DNA of 64,000 nucleotides from Candidatus Saccharimonadales bacterium (GTDB lineage: Bacteria; Patescibacteriota; Saccharimonadia; Saccharimonadales; EFPC-124), in NCBI GenBank assembly GCA_035457485.1, contig DATIBO010000006.1, positions 94,134 through 158,133 of the forward strand, read 5' to 3'. Numbering within the stretch: the stretch's first letter is position 1; every line of letters starts with the position of its first letter. The notes below the pieces were generated by a model. It was not told the origin of the DNA. It did not search any database and worked only from the letters and a program-made list of their open reading frames with translations. The position numbers were made by a program, and so were the translations under genes. This document shows positions 43,966 through 53,297 of this stretch, one piece after another.

Positions 43966-45039
43966 TTAAGCTTGCAACTTTTCGGTGCTAATTATTTTAT
44001 GTTCTGCCAAAAAACTTTTCTCAACGACATCAGCATCCGTGGTAGTTATAAACGTTTGGTAAGTCTTGGTAATATCCGTCAAAGCTCTACGGCGAGTGCT
44101 ATCGAGCTCCGAAAACACGTCGTCGAGCAATAGTATTGGCGGATTTTCGTTTTGCTTGGCTAAAAGCTTGAGTTCAATTATTTTAAGCGCTAAAAGCATG
44201 CTACGAACCTCACCACGCGACGCAGCAGCCGCAGCGGGCTTGTTATTGATTTTTACCGCAAAATCGTCACGGTGGGGTCCAAACGACGTAAAACCGCGAT
44301 GTAAGTCGCTTGCCGCATTGCGCGACAACGCATTCAGCAGGTTTGCTTGATAATTTTCGGCAGGTAGTGAACTTTTGTATTCAATTTGTAAATCAGTTTT
44401 TACGCCCGCGATCGAAGAATAAACTTCTCCAAAGACTTTATTTAAATCGTTAATCAGCGATACGCGTCGCTCTACAATCACAGCTCCCAAATCAGCTAGG
44501 CGAACATCCCATGCAAAAAGTTGATCTTCGACCTGGCTCAAGCCGAATTTATTTTTAAGCAACGAGTTGCGCTGTTGTAAAACCCGTTCGTATTGATGTT
44601 TTGTCCAGGTAAAATCAGGGTGAATTCGCGCAAGCAGGTTGTCTAAAAAATCACGGCGCCCAGTAGGCGAGGAGCGCAAAAGCCGCAAATGATCTGGCTC
44701 AAACAAAACTACGGGTAATTTGTACTGGTGGGTTAGTCGAGCTTTTTTAGATCCATCAATATCAAACTGTTTTTCGAGTTTTTCAGGCTGAACTTTGTAA
44801 ACAATTGTGCGTTTTTGATCGTTATATACTCCTTCGATTTTCAACCAAGGCTCTCCATGCCTAATCATATCTCGATCCACACCCCTAAAGGAACTTCCAG
44901 CCGAAAGCACATAAAGCGCCTCTAGTAGATTGGTTTTTCCACTACCATTTGGTCCAACAATAACAGTTACGCCCGGCGAAAACTCGACGTCGTAGTTTGT
45001 GTATGATCTAAAATTGTGCAGCGAAACCGAACCAAACAT
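43966..45039 (-). CDS. recF: DNA replication and repair protein RecF
   Basis: Walker A GPNGSGKTNLLEA, SMC-like signature, D-loop LLLDDVFSELD. Confidence 0.9.
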   Translation of the reverse strand: MFGSVSLHNFRSYTNYDVEFSPGVTVIVGPNGSGKTNLLEALYVLSAGSSFRGVDRDMIRHGEPWLKIEGVYNDQKRTIVYKVQPEKLEKQFDIDGSKKARLTHQYKLPVVLFEPDHLRLLRSSPTGRRDFLDNLLARIHPDFTWTKHQYERVLQQRNSLLKNKFGLSQVEDQLFAWDVRLADLGAVIVERRVSLINDLNKVFGEVYSSIAGVKTDLQIEYKSSLPAENYQANLLNALSRNAASDLHRGFTSFGPHRDDFAVKINNKPAAAAASRGEVRSMLLALKIIELKLLAKQNENPPILLLDDVFSELDSTRRRALTDITKTYQTFITTTDADVVEKSFLAEHKIISTEKLQA

Positions 45040-46130
45040 TAGCTTTTAAGCGGCATTATAACGTGTTTATAGCCCGCGTCGGGGTTGTCTGCGGCGGTTA
45101 CTATGCAGGGCGCCAATTTTCCGCTAAAGCGAAACTCCACGGTCTTAGCGTCTACACACCCCAGCGCTTCGAGCAGATAGCGTGAGTTAAGTGTTACGCT
45201 ACCTTCGGCACTGACTTTTGCCTCAGCCTCACTCGTATTCTCACCTAGTTGTGAGGCGATCGAATGAATACTTAATTTATCAGATTCAGCTTTCAAGGTT
45301 ACACTGCCGCCAGATTCTCGCGCAAATAAGCTTGCGACTTTAGTAATTCGCGTGAACTCATCCTTGGGTAAGGTTACTTTACTCTCGCTTTCGCTTGGAA
45401 TAAGCGCGCGATAGTCGGGGAACGTACCGTCTATTAAACGTGAAGTTATCTCCACATCATCTAGTAAAATTCTTACCTGGTTTTCTCCGAACACGAACTT
45501 AACATCTGCGCCATCGTCACTCATAATTCTAATTACATCATTCATAGCTACAACTGGAATAATCGCGCTAATCTCTAGTGGAGAACTGATTAACTTTCGC
45601 TCAGCCAATCTGTAGCCATCTGTTGCTGCAAAATAAATACTTCCCTCAAAGCTGTGACAGTAAACACCAGTTAATACTGGGCGGGTGTCGTCGGCCGATG
45701 CTACAACCACTGTTTGCTGAATTGCACGTTTTAAATCCCCAGCCGGAACACTTAAAACGTTCTTTTCCTCAATTGTGGGTAATTCTGGAAATTCATCAGG
45801 AGTCATGCCGTTGATCGTAGATTTATAGGCGCCGCACTTAATGTGAAGTTTTGCACCGTCCGCCTCGAGTTCAACATTACCTTTAGGCAAGTTCATTACA
45901 AATTCAGTTGTGAGTTTTGCAGGAACTGTAACGCTGCCCTCGGTTTCAATTTTACTTCCTACACGTTGTGTTATGGCTAATTCCAGATTCGTCGCCGCAA
46001 GTAGTAGACGATTATTTTGAGTTCGAAGCAAAATATTGTTCAAAATAGGTAGGGGTGTTTTACCCGAAGCAACTCTGCCGACAGTTTGCAAAGCTTTGCT
46101 TAGGTTTTCTTGTGTGACTGTAAGCTTCAT
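45039..46130 (-). CDS. dnaN: DNA polymerase III subunit beta (sliding clamp)
   Basis: Three-domain ~360 aa clamp; conserved start MKLTVTQENLSKAL; synteny dnaA-dnaN-recF. Confidence 0.9.
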   Translation of the reverse strand: MKLTVTQENLSKALQTVGRVASGKTPLPILNNILLRTQNNRLLLAATNLELAITQRVGSKIETEGSVTVPAKLTTEFVMNLPKGNVELEADGAKLHIKCGAYKSTINGMTPDEFPELPTIEEKNVLSVPAGDLKRAIQQTVVVASADDTRPVLTGVYCHSFEGSIYFAATDGYRLAERKLISSPLEISAIIPVVAMNDVIRIMSDDGADVKFVFGENQVRILLDDVEITSRLIDGTFPDYRALIPSESESKVTLPKDEFTRITKVASLFARESGGSVTLKAESDKLSIHSIASQLGENTSEAEAKVSAEGSVTLNSRYLLEALGCVDAKTVEFRFSGKLAPCIVTAADNPDAGYKHVIMPLKS

Positions 46131-46387
46131 TCTTTCTTCTTTCTTATTATATTTATATATAAGTAGTAATAGTAGTAATAGGGCGTGTGCAAAGTGGGTA
46201 AAAACCCTGAACTTTATCTGTTAAAGTTCGCCCAAGGCTGTGTAAAAATTGTGTGCAAACGTGTGTAAGTTGTGTGTGAATTATGTGGGTGTTTATGTGT
46301 TTGGTGCTAGTAGGGTTGTGGTGGGTTGTGGAACTTGTGGATGAACACCCCACCAAGTTTCCATAGTTTTTGAACAGGTTTTGCACA
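46131..46387. promoter_or_regulatory. oriC part 2: dnaA-dnaN spacer with AT-rich DUE-like stretch and TGTGGA-type DnaA-box-like repeats
   Basis: 46141..46182 is an AT-rich stretch TTCTTATTATATTTATATATAAGTAGTAATAGTAGTAATAG; it is followed by TTGTGGATGA (46335..46344), GTTGTGGAAC, GGTTGTGGTGG and several TGTGTG repeats. Confidence 0.5.
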
Positions 46388-47758
46388 CTACGCATACAAT
46401 TTGTCCCTAATCTCGGTGATTTGTTGCCGAATTACATAATCAAGCTTTGAAGCTTTTTGGATTTTTTCGACCGAATGAATCGCAGTAGTGTGATCTTTGC
46501 GACCTAGTTCCGATGCGATTTTAGGGAAACTCAAGTGCAGCTCACTGCGTAAAAGATACATGGCGATCTGCCGTGGCACAACAATGTGTTTGTCACGTTT
46601 AGGGCTAGTTATGTCCGCAGATTCGATCTGGAAGTGCTTTGCAGTTTTTTCTATGATTTGCCTGGCGGTTACGTGGTGTGGGCGAGTCGTGCGCGCGCTG
46701 CTAAATAAAGCTTTGGCAGTATCTACATTCGGCTCTAAGCGTTGAAGCTCGCAGTGTGCGATCAGCTGGTTTAGGGCGCCCTCCAGCTCGCGGACGTTGT
46801 TTTGAATGTTGGCGGCCAAATACTCCACGGTATCGCGGGGTAGACTAACATTACTTTGGCTAGCTTTGGTTTGTAAAATTGCGCAACGTGTTTCGAAATC
46901 CGGCGATTGGATGTCGATCGCCATACCCCATTCAAAGCGCGAGCGTAAGCGATCTTCTAATGTAGGGATTGCTTTAGGCGGCTTGTCGGAACTGATGATA
47001 ATCTGTTTGTTTGCCTGGTGCAATGCGTTAAAGGTGTGAAAAAACTCTTCCTGTGTACGCTCTTTGCCGGCTATAAACTGAATATCGTCGATTATCAATA
47101 GGTCAACATTGCGATATCGGTTAGAGAAACCCTTCTTTTTGAACCTAATGCTGTCCAAAAATTCATTAACGAAAGTCTCACTCGAAATGTAAAGTACGCG
47201 TGTACCAGGGTTTTTGCGGCAGATTTCATTGCCAACAGCTTGTATTAAGTGGGTTTTGCCTAGTCCCACACCCCCGTATAAAAATAGAGGGTTGTATTTT
47301 GTGCCTGGAGTGGCCGCTACCGCTTGACAAGCAGTGTAGGCGAGTTCGTTGCTTGATCCAACGATAAAATTTTCAAAGTTGTATTTAGGGTTAAGACCCG
47401 AACTCCCGTTTTGGCTACTAGTAAAAGTGGTGGACTCTGCGCGAGTTTCGGCTACAACTGGAGCCTGCATGAGTAGTGGTTTCTCGGTTTGAGCTACGGC
47501 TTTTTTCCGTTTTGTCTCAGAGATTATGGTGTAGCTAACTTTATTTACTTCGACTCCATTTTTTTGCAAAACGTCCAAAATTAGGCTGTTAAATCTAGCC
47601 TCCATTTGTTCTTTTGCAAAGATGTTCACAACCCCAATGACAATCTCGCCACCCTCGTTAGAAAGCATCTCTGATGTTTTGAACCAAGTAATAAAGTTGG
47701 CGCGCGACACGCTTAACTCAATTTCACCTAAAACGGTTTGCCACAGTGCGTTTTTCAT
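46388..47758 (-). CDS. dnaA: chromosomal replication initiator DnaA
   Basis: AAA+ Walker A GGVGLGKTHL, Walker B LLIIDDIQF, C-terminal DNA-binding domain with basic loop and signature helix. Confidence 0.95.
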   Translation of the reverse strand: MKNALWQTVLGEIELSVSRANFITWFKTSEMLSNEGGEIVIGVVNIFAKEQMEARFNSLILDVLQKNGVEVNKVSYTIISETKRKKAVAQTEKPLLMQAPVVAETRAESTTFTSSQNGSSGLNPKYNFENFIVGSSNELAYTACQAVAATPGTKYNPLFLYGGVGLGKTHLIQAVGNEICRKNPGTRVLYISSETFVNEFLDSIRFKKKGFSNRYRNVDLLIIDDIQFIAGKERTQEEFFHTFNALHQANKQIIISSDKPPKAIPTLEDRLRSRFEWGMAIDIQSPDFETRCAILQTKASQSNVSLPRDTVEYLAANIQNNVRELEGALNQLIAHCELQRLEPNVDTAKALFSSARTTRPHHVTARQIIEKTAKHFQIESADITSPKRDKHIVVPRQIAMYLLRSELHLSFPKIASELGRKDHTTAIHSVEKIQKASKLDYVIRQQITEIRDKLYA

Positions 47759-47991
47759 TCCCCTCCACTTTGTTTTAAAGCGTTATTAAAACTATAACCC
47801 CATAAGCCTGTTTTCCACAACCATAAGCAATGAAAGTTTGCACGGTGTCAAGATTGGCGAGTTATGCACAGGCGAGCGTCACATCTGTGAATATGTGGAT
47901 AACCTATTGATAATTGTGGAAAAATCTGGCAATATTGTGGGTAGTATTTGTAAAAGTTTGTTTACCCAAGCACAGAAAAGGATATTAAAAC
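47759..47991. promoter_or_regulatory. oriC part 1 / dnaA promoter region with DnaA boxes
   Basis: Perfect TGTGGATAA at 47894..47902; near-consensus TTTTCCACA 47811..47819, TTATGCACA 47862..47870, TGTGGAAAA 47915..47923. Confidence 0.55.
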
Positions 47992-48138
47992 ATGCCAAAA
48001 CGAACTCACCAGCCAAAAAAAGCTCGTCGCGTTAAAGTTCACGGTTTTCGCGCTCGCATGGCTACTAAAGACGGCCAAGCCGTTCTTAAGCGTCGTCGCA
48101 TTAAAGGTCGCGCAAAAATCGCCGTTTCTAACAAGTAA
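47992..48138 (+). CDS. rpmH: 50S ribosomal protein L34 (missed by ORF track, 48 aa)
   Basis: Translation [48 protein letters not shown]; immediately upstream of rnpA. Confidence 0.9.
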   Translation: MPKRTHQPKKARRVKVHGFRARMATKDGQAVLKRRRIKGRAKIAVSNK

Positions 48139-48154
48139 TTGTTAAACTAAATAT

Positions 48155-48505
48155 ATGCTAGCAAGCAAGTACAGGTTCCATGGTTATGGATCGCTGAAAT
48201 TTTTGTTTAGTCATGGTAAAACTTACAGATCAAAAAGTCTGTCTGTTCGTGTTACGCTAAATACTCGTCGCCAAAATAGTCGAGTAGCTGTAGTTATCAG
48301 TAAAAAAGTCATCAAGGCTTCGCCAAAACGCAACCGAGTACGCAGGCGAGTTTACGAAGTTTTGCGAACCGAGTGGCAACATATTAAACCTGCGCACGAT
48401 ATTTTGATTAGCGTTTATGACCCAGCTTTTTTTGACGCGGATCACAGCGTAATTGCTGCCGAGATCAAAAGGGTCTTAATTACCGCCCAAGTTTGGGTGG
48501 ACTAA
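48155..48505 (+). CDS. rnpA: ribonuclease P protein component
   Basis: 116 aa basic protein, RNR-like motif KRNRVRRRV; rpmH-rnpA-yidC synteny. Confidence 0.8.
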   Translation: MLASKYRFHGYGSLKFLFSHGKTYRSKSLSVRVTLNTRRQNSRVAVVISKKVIKASPKRNRVRRRVYEVLRTEWQHIKPAHDILISVYDPAFFDADHSVIAAEIKRVLITAQVWVD

Positions 48506-48538
48506 ACTAGTTATCATTTTGTAAAACTAGTAATCCAT

Positions 48539-49474
48539 TTGTTATCTGATATTATAGATTTCAGTATGAGTATATTCGACATAATTTTAGTTCAACCAAT
48601 TTTTAACATCCTAGTGTTTATTTACGGGGTTTTGCCAGGTCACGATTTTGGTGTAAGCCTTATTATTTTCACGATTTTAGTTCGCTTGTTAATGTGGCCA
48701 CTTGTCAAAAAGCAGCTTAATCAGACAAAGGTTATGCGTGCATTGCAGCCAGAGCTTGCAAAAATTAAGGCAAAAACCAAGGGAAACAAGCAACTAGAAA
48801 ACCAACTTATGTTGGAACTGTACAAGGAAAAGGGCGTCAATCCATTTGGATCAATCGGCCTGTTGCTTGTTCAGCTGCCCATCTTTATTTCCTTATTTGC
48901 AGTTGTTCGTTTAATCACAGAAAACCCTGATAACATCGATAAGTATACTTACCATATTCTTGATCAGTTACCAGCCGTACAGTCTGCAATTTCTGACGGT
49001 TTTCAAGCGTCGTTGCTTGGATTGATAGATCTAACTAAGCACGCAATTGAGCCAGGAAGCGGTGTAATTTACTGGCCTCTGCTAATTATGGCAATTATTG
49101 CGGCAATACTGCAGTATTTCCAATCAAAACAGCTTTTACCGGCTCCTAAAGAAAAGAAAAAACTTCGCGATTTACTAAAAGAACAAGCTGCTGGCAAGCA
49201 AGTTGATCAAGCAGAGATGAGCGCGCTTGTGACTAACAAGATGTCGTGGTTGTTCCCAGTCTTAACTTTTATGGTTGCAATTTACTTGGCTGGAGCCCTA
49301 GTTCTTTATCTGATGATTACCAGCCTTGTTGCCGTGCTACAGCAGTACCTTGTTCTTAAGAAAGACGAAACAGAACTAGATAAGATTAGCAATAAAACTA
49401 AAGCACGTGCCGAAAACGCTCAAACGGCCGAGATTGTGGAAGGGAAGAAAAGCAAAAAGAAAAGGAGAAAGTAA
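48539..49474 (+). CDS. yidC: membrane protein insertase YidC (short Gram-positive/Oxa1 type)
   Basis: Five-TM core with conserved hairpin ...LVKKQLNQTKVMRALQPELAKIKAK..., Lys-rich C-tail. Confidence 0.85.
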   Translation: MLSDIIDFSMSIFDIILVQPIFNILVFIYGVLPGHDFGVSLIIFTILVRLLMWPLVKKQLNQTKVMRALQPELAKIKAKTKGNKQLENQLMLELYKEKGVNPFGSIGLLLVQLPIFISLFAVVRLITENPDNIDKYTYHILDQLPAVQSAISDGFQASLLGLIDLTKHAIEPGSGVIYWPLLIMAIIAAILQYFQSKQLLPAPKEKKKLRDLLKEQAAGKQVDQAEMSALVTNKMSWLFPVLTFMVAIYLAGALVLYLMITSLVAVLQQYLVLKKDETELDKISNKTKARAENAQTAEIVEGKKSKKKRRK

Positions 49475-49932
49475 TGGACGCTAATGCTTCAGTTGAATTT
49501 GCAAAGAAATATCTAGAAGATTTACTTTCGTTTTTTGGGCTAAACACGGTTGTATCTGTTCATCTTGAGGAAGATGTGATTGAGCTTAGCGTTCCATCGA
49601 CGCACCTTAACGGTTTTTTAATTGGACAGCGCGGAGAGACTTTGCGCAGTTTACAATTTTTGCTTTCACAAAGCCTAAAAAATGAAAATGCTGAGCTGAA
49701 CCGCGTGAATATTGATGTTGCCAACTACAAGAAACATCGAGCTGAGCGCGTGGCTGACCAGGTTAAGGATTGGTGTAGGCAAGTCATGGATAGTGGAGAA
49801 GATATGCATTTGCGCCCTATGAGCCCAGCGGATCGTCGGACTGCCCATCGAGTAGTTGCAGAGTTCTCAAATCTTCAGAGCGAATCCCAAGGGGAGGGGA
49901 GAGACCGTCATTTAGTAATTAGCCTTGCTTAA
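49474..49932 (+). CDS. jag: Jag/KhpB-like RNA-binding protein (KH + R3H)
   Basis: KH-like GQRGETLRSLQFLL and R3H PMSPADRRTAHRVVAEF; ATGG overlap with yidC stop. Confidence 0.7.
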   Translation: MDANASVEFAKKYLEDLLSFFGLNTVVSVHLEEDVIELSVPSTHLNGFLIGQRGETLRSLQFLLSQSLKNENAELNRVNIDVANYKKHRAERVADQVKDWCRQVMDSGEDMHLRPMSPADRRTAHRVVAEFSNLQSESQGEGRDRHLVISLA

Positions 49933-50005
49933 AAAATATATTTTAGAATTTTTTTACAAAAAAGCAAATTATATACGAAACAAGTAAGGGTAGTGGGGCG
50001 TGAAA

Positions 50006-50047
50006 ATAAAAGTGCGTCTGAACCAAATTCTCAGACGCACTTTTATT
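50006..50047. terminator. bidirectional intrinsic terminator between jag (+) and GT4 (-)
   Basis: AAAATAAAAGTGCGTCTGA-ACCAAATTC-TCAGACGCACTTTTATT: 10-13 bp perfect stem flanked by A-run and T-run. Confidence 0.65.
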
Positions 50048-50143
50048 GTGGAAAACTATGTGTTGTAAAAATATACATCAGACTTGTTGTAGCTCCCTAC
50101 TGCCACTTCTCTATTTTGGGCTAACAGATTGACATCTGTTAAT

Positions 50144-51235
50144 TTATTTTTCAAGGACTTTATTATAAACCTGCAGAGTTTCGGTTGCCATTTTTTTCCA
50201 GGAATATTTTTTTTGCTGCAGTATACCCTTTTTACTTAGCGTGTCTCGAAGTTTTTTATTCGTCAGAATATCATTAACGGCCCGAGCAATATCATCTGTA
50301 CTATGTGGGTTAAAGTAATGAGCCGCATCTTGGTAAACCTCAGGCAAACAGCTGGCGCTACTACTAGCCACTGGCGCTCCGTATGCCATAGCATCTAGAG
50401 CTGGTAACCCGAAGCCTTCCATAAAGGACGCAAAAACGTAAGCCCTGCAATTGCTATATAGCCAGGCGGCAGCCGAGTCACTTACGAAACCTAAAAAATG
50501 CACGTTTTTGTACTGGTTTTGTTCAACCCAGTCTTTGTCTGCTTGACGCAGCTCGTCTATCTTGCCGGCAATAGCCAAATGTAAATCGGGGTGTTCTTGC
50601 AGAAGTTTTTGATGAGCTTTAATTAAACGGCGATTATTCTTGTACGGCTCCGCTCTGCCCAAGTACATTATAAACTTTTTCCCTTTAAGTTCTTGAACCT
50701 CTTGCTGTTCGGAAATAACTTCTAAAGAGCCTTCATATGTTACCGTTACCTTGTCTGGGTTTATATGACTAAAATTTACAAGGTCATTCTTGGTGAATTT
50801 GGTCGGAGTAAGTATCTGTTTGGAGCGTTTGGCAACTGCCAATAAAAGTCCACGAAATATAAGCTTTTTAGTGGCTAGTTCGACCGGATTCATATCGTTT
50901 TTGGTAATGCGTAACAAGTTTAAATCATGAACTGTAGTGACAGCAGGACGGGTGAACAAAAGCGGCTGTTGTGGCATACAGAAATGGACAAGATCGGGTT
51001 TTAATTTTTGCAACAGTTTCGCAAAACCTATTTGCTCACCAAAACTGTAGTCCTCAAAATCAGCGATTACGATTTTAAAATTTTTGGTCTTTGGTTTGTA
51101 GTAGTCCTTGTCTCTTTCGCGAACCAAGATCAAGAATTCGTGATGAGGCTTTAAGTCTTCGAGATAATTTATAAGCCGCTCAACGTATCGACCGGTGGTT
51201 GAATTTATAATTCGTGCGTCAATGGCAATTTTCAC
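50144..51235 (-). CDS. GT4 family glycosyltransferase (GT-B)
   Basis: C-terminal GT4 motif FASFMEGFGLPALDAMAYGAPVASS (E-x7-E). Confidence 0.7.
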   Translation of the reverse strand: MKIAIDARIINSTTGRYVERLINYLEDLKPHHEFLILVRERDKDYYKPKTKNFKIVIADFEDYSFGEQIGFAKLLQKLKPDLVHFCMPQQPLLFTRPAVTTVHDLNLLRITKNDMNPVELATKKLIFRGLLLAVAKRSKQILTPTKFTKNDLVNFSHINPDKVTVTYEGSLEVISEQQEVQELKGKKFIMYLGRAEPYKNNRRLIKAHQKLLQEHPDLHLAIAGKIDELRQADKDWVEQNQYKNVHFLGFVSDSAAAWLYSNCRAYVFASFMEGFGLPALDAMAYGAPVASSSASCLPEVYQDAAHYFNPHSTDDIARAVNDILTNKKLRDTLSKKGILQQKKYSWKKMATETLQVYNKVLEK

Positions 51236-51258
51236 TTTTTATAGTATACAATTAATCC

Positions 51259-52413
51259 ATGAGCAAGACAAAAATCTTTATAGAGGCGGTTCCTCTTGTT
51301 GATAAGCAAATGAGCGGAGTTCCCCACGCGCTTGCCGGTATTGTTGCCGCGATGGCTGCTAACAAAGAAATCATGAAAAATTATGAACTGATTTTAGTTG
51401 CGCCAAAAAATCGTCTTCACCTTTTGGATCGCTGGCCTGGTCTGCAGAATTGCTCTCGCAAAGCTATACCTATGAAGTTTCGAATAATGAACGGTTTAGG
51501 TAGACGCGGCTTGTTGCCACCGATGGATTTACTACTTGGTAGAGGTATTTATTTTTTTGGTAACTTTTTCAACTGGCCACTTACAAAATCTTCAAAATCT
51601 TTTACTTATATCCATGATATTTGTTTTGCGACCCACCCCGAGCTTGTTCAACCTGATAATCAAAAAATGCTAGCAAAAAATGTCCCCCGCTATATTCGCC
51701 AAACCGATTATGTCATCGCGGTATCCGAGACTTCACGTCGCGAAATAATTAGTGAATTTAATGTTCCAGAAAGCAAAGTAAAGGTTGTTTATAACGCAGC
51801 TGATACCAGTGCTTATTCTAAGACCTATTCTGTCGAAGAGGTTAAGCAAACCCAGCAAAAGTACGGCGTTTTTGGGGACAAGTATTTTCTATTTATTAGT
51901 AATATCGAGCCTCGCAAAAATATCGAGAGATTAATTGGGGCGATTGAAAAGCTACCTAAAGATGTTGGCTTATTTTTGGTCGGCGGCGATGGCTGGCTCA
52001 ACGAAAAAGTCTTTAAAATGATTGATGAGCAAAATAAAAAAGGTCGCAAGGTGATAAAGCCTAAAACGTATGTAGATGATGAGGATGCCGCAAAACTATT
52101 GCAGGGCTCGCTTGGATTAACCATGCCGTCAATTTACGAAGGCTTCGGAATGCCTGCGCTAGAGTCTTTAACTATGGGCAAGCCAACTGTGGTCAGTAAT
52201 ATCCCACAATTTAAAGAGGTCGCGGGGGAAGTCGGATTTTACTGCGATTACAAAAATATTGATTCAATTGCGACAGCGTTGCAAAAAGTTTTAGATATGA
52301 ACGATACAGAACGCACAAATTACTCACAAAAAGCAAAAAAACAAGCCAGTAAATTTTCTTGGGACAAAAGTGCAGCAGTGCTCGCTTCCCTATTTAATCA
52401 AGTTAAATTGTAA
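51259..52413 (+). CDS. GT4 family glycosyltransferase
   Basis: PSIYEGFGMPALESLTMGKPTVVSNI motif. Confidence 0.7.
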   Translation: MSKTKIFIEAVPLVDKQMSGVPHALAGIVAAMAANKEIMKNYELILVAPKNRLHLLDRWPGLQNCSRKAIPMKFRIMNGLGRRGLLPPMDLLLGRGIYFFGNFFNWPLTKSSKSFTYIHDICFATHPELVQPDNQKMLAKNVPRYIRQTDYVIAVSETSRREIISEFNVPESKVKVVYNAADTSAYSKTYSVEEVKQTQQKYGVFGDKYFLFISNIEPRKNIERLIGAIEKLPKDVGLFLVGGDGWLNEKVFKMIDEQNKKGRKVIKPKTYVDDEDAAKLLQGSLGLTMPSIYEGFGMPALESLTMGKPTVVSNIPQFKEVAGEVGFYCDYKNIDSIATALQKVLDMNDTERTNYSQKAKKQASKFSWDKSAAVLASLFNQVKL

Positions 52414-52487
52414 ATAAAGTGCCGCCAAAATATATTCGCTTGTAATAATTTCCAATAACCTTAACTCGGGGTATAATATAATCTGAC

Positions 52488-53297
52488 GTGAATAAGATTT
52501 TACAAAAATACCGCTATTCAGCAATTTTGCTGCGCCAACTTGTAATAACAGATTTCAAACTGCGATACCAAGGCTCTTTTTTGGGGTATTTGTGGTCGCT
52601 CCTTAGACCGTTGGCAATTTTCTTAATTTTGTATGTGGTGTTTGTCAGATTCTTAAAAGTTGGCGCAGATGTACCACATTTTCCGGTTTACTTGCTTTTG
52701 GGGATTGTAATTTGGAACTACTTTGCCGAAGTGACCAACAATGGCGTTAAGGCTGTGGTCGATCGCGGCGATGTATTGCGCAAAATTAATTTTCCCAAAT
52801 ATGTAGTTGTTTTATCTGGATCGCTCTCGGCGCTAATTAACTTGGCGATCAACCTGATTGTGGTTGGTGTTTTTATGGCGCTTAACGGAGCCGACACACA
52901 GGTAGGCTTGTTGATTTTTGTGCCCTTGTTAATCGGTGAGCTGTTCATATTCGCCTTATCGGCAGCATTTTTATTAAGCTCGATGTTTGTGCGATTCCGC
53001 GATGTTAATTATATTTGGGAAGTAATAATGCAAGGTGCATTTTACGCTACACCGATTCTGTATCCCCTTACACCTTATGTTCCTGCTACGTTGCAATCAA
53101 TTGTTTTGATGAACCCGATTGCGCAAATTATTCAGGATTTGCGATTTATATTAATTACAGATCAAACCCAAACAATTGCAGCTGTTTGCGGTAGTGAGTG
53201 GGCACGTTTGATTCCACTTGCAATCGTGGCGACTGTGGCCCTGGTCTCGGCCGCATACTTTAAAAAACGCTCGCCATATTTTGCGGAGGATATTTAA
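52488..53297 (+). CDS. ABC-2 type polysaccharide/teichoic-acid export permease (Wzm/TagG-like)
   Basis: 6-TM ABC-2 profile, N-terminal LVITDFKLRYQGSFLGYLWSLLRP signature. Confidence 0.75.
   Translation: MNKILQKYRYSAILLRQLVITDFKLRYQGSFLGYLWSLLRPLAIFLILYVVFVRFLKVGADVPHFPVYLLLGIVIWNYFAEVTNNGVKAVVDRGDVLRKINFPKYVVVLSGSLSALINLAINLIVVGVFMALNGADTQVGLLIFVPLLIGELFIFALSAAFLLSSMFVRFRDVNYIWEVIMQGAFYATPILYPLTPYVPATLQSIVLMNPIAQIIQDLRFILITDQTQTIAAVCGSEWARLIPLAIVATVALVSAAYFKKRSPYFAEDI

Noticed and set aside
42595-43969. Plus-strand ORFs (42595..42960, 42650..42844, 42863..43117, 43175..43558, 43474..43929, 43724..43969) opposite the high-GC lipoprotein gene
   Set aside because: Same artefact. They overlap each other in multiple frames and are Ala/Arg/Ser/Leu-rich. 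The long minus-strand ORF with signal peptide and lipobox is the coherent gene.
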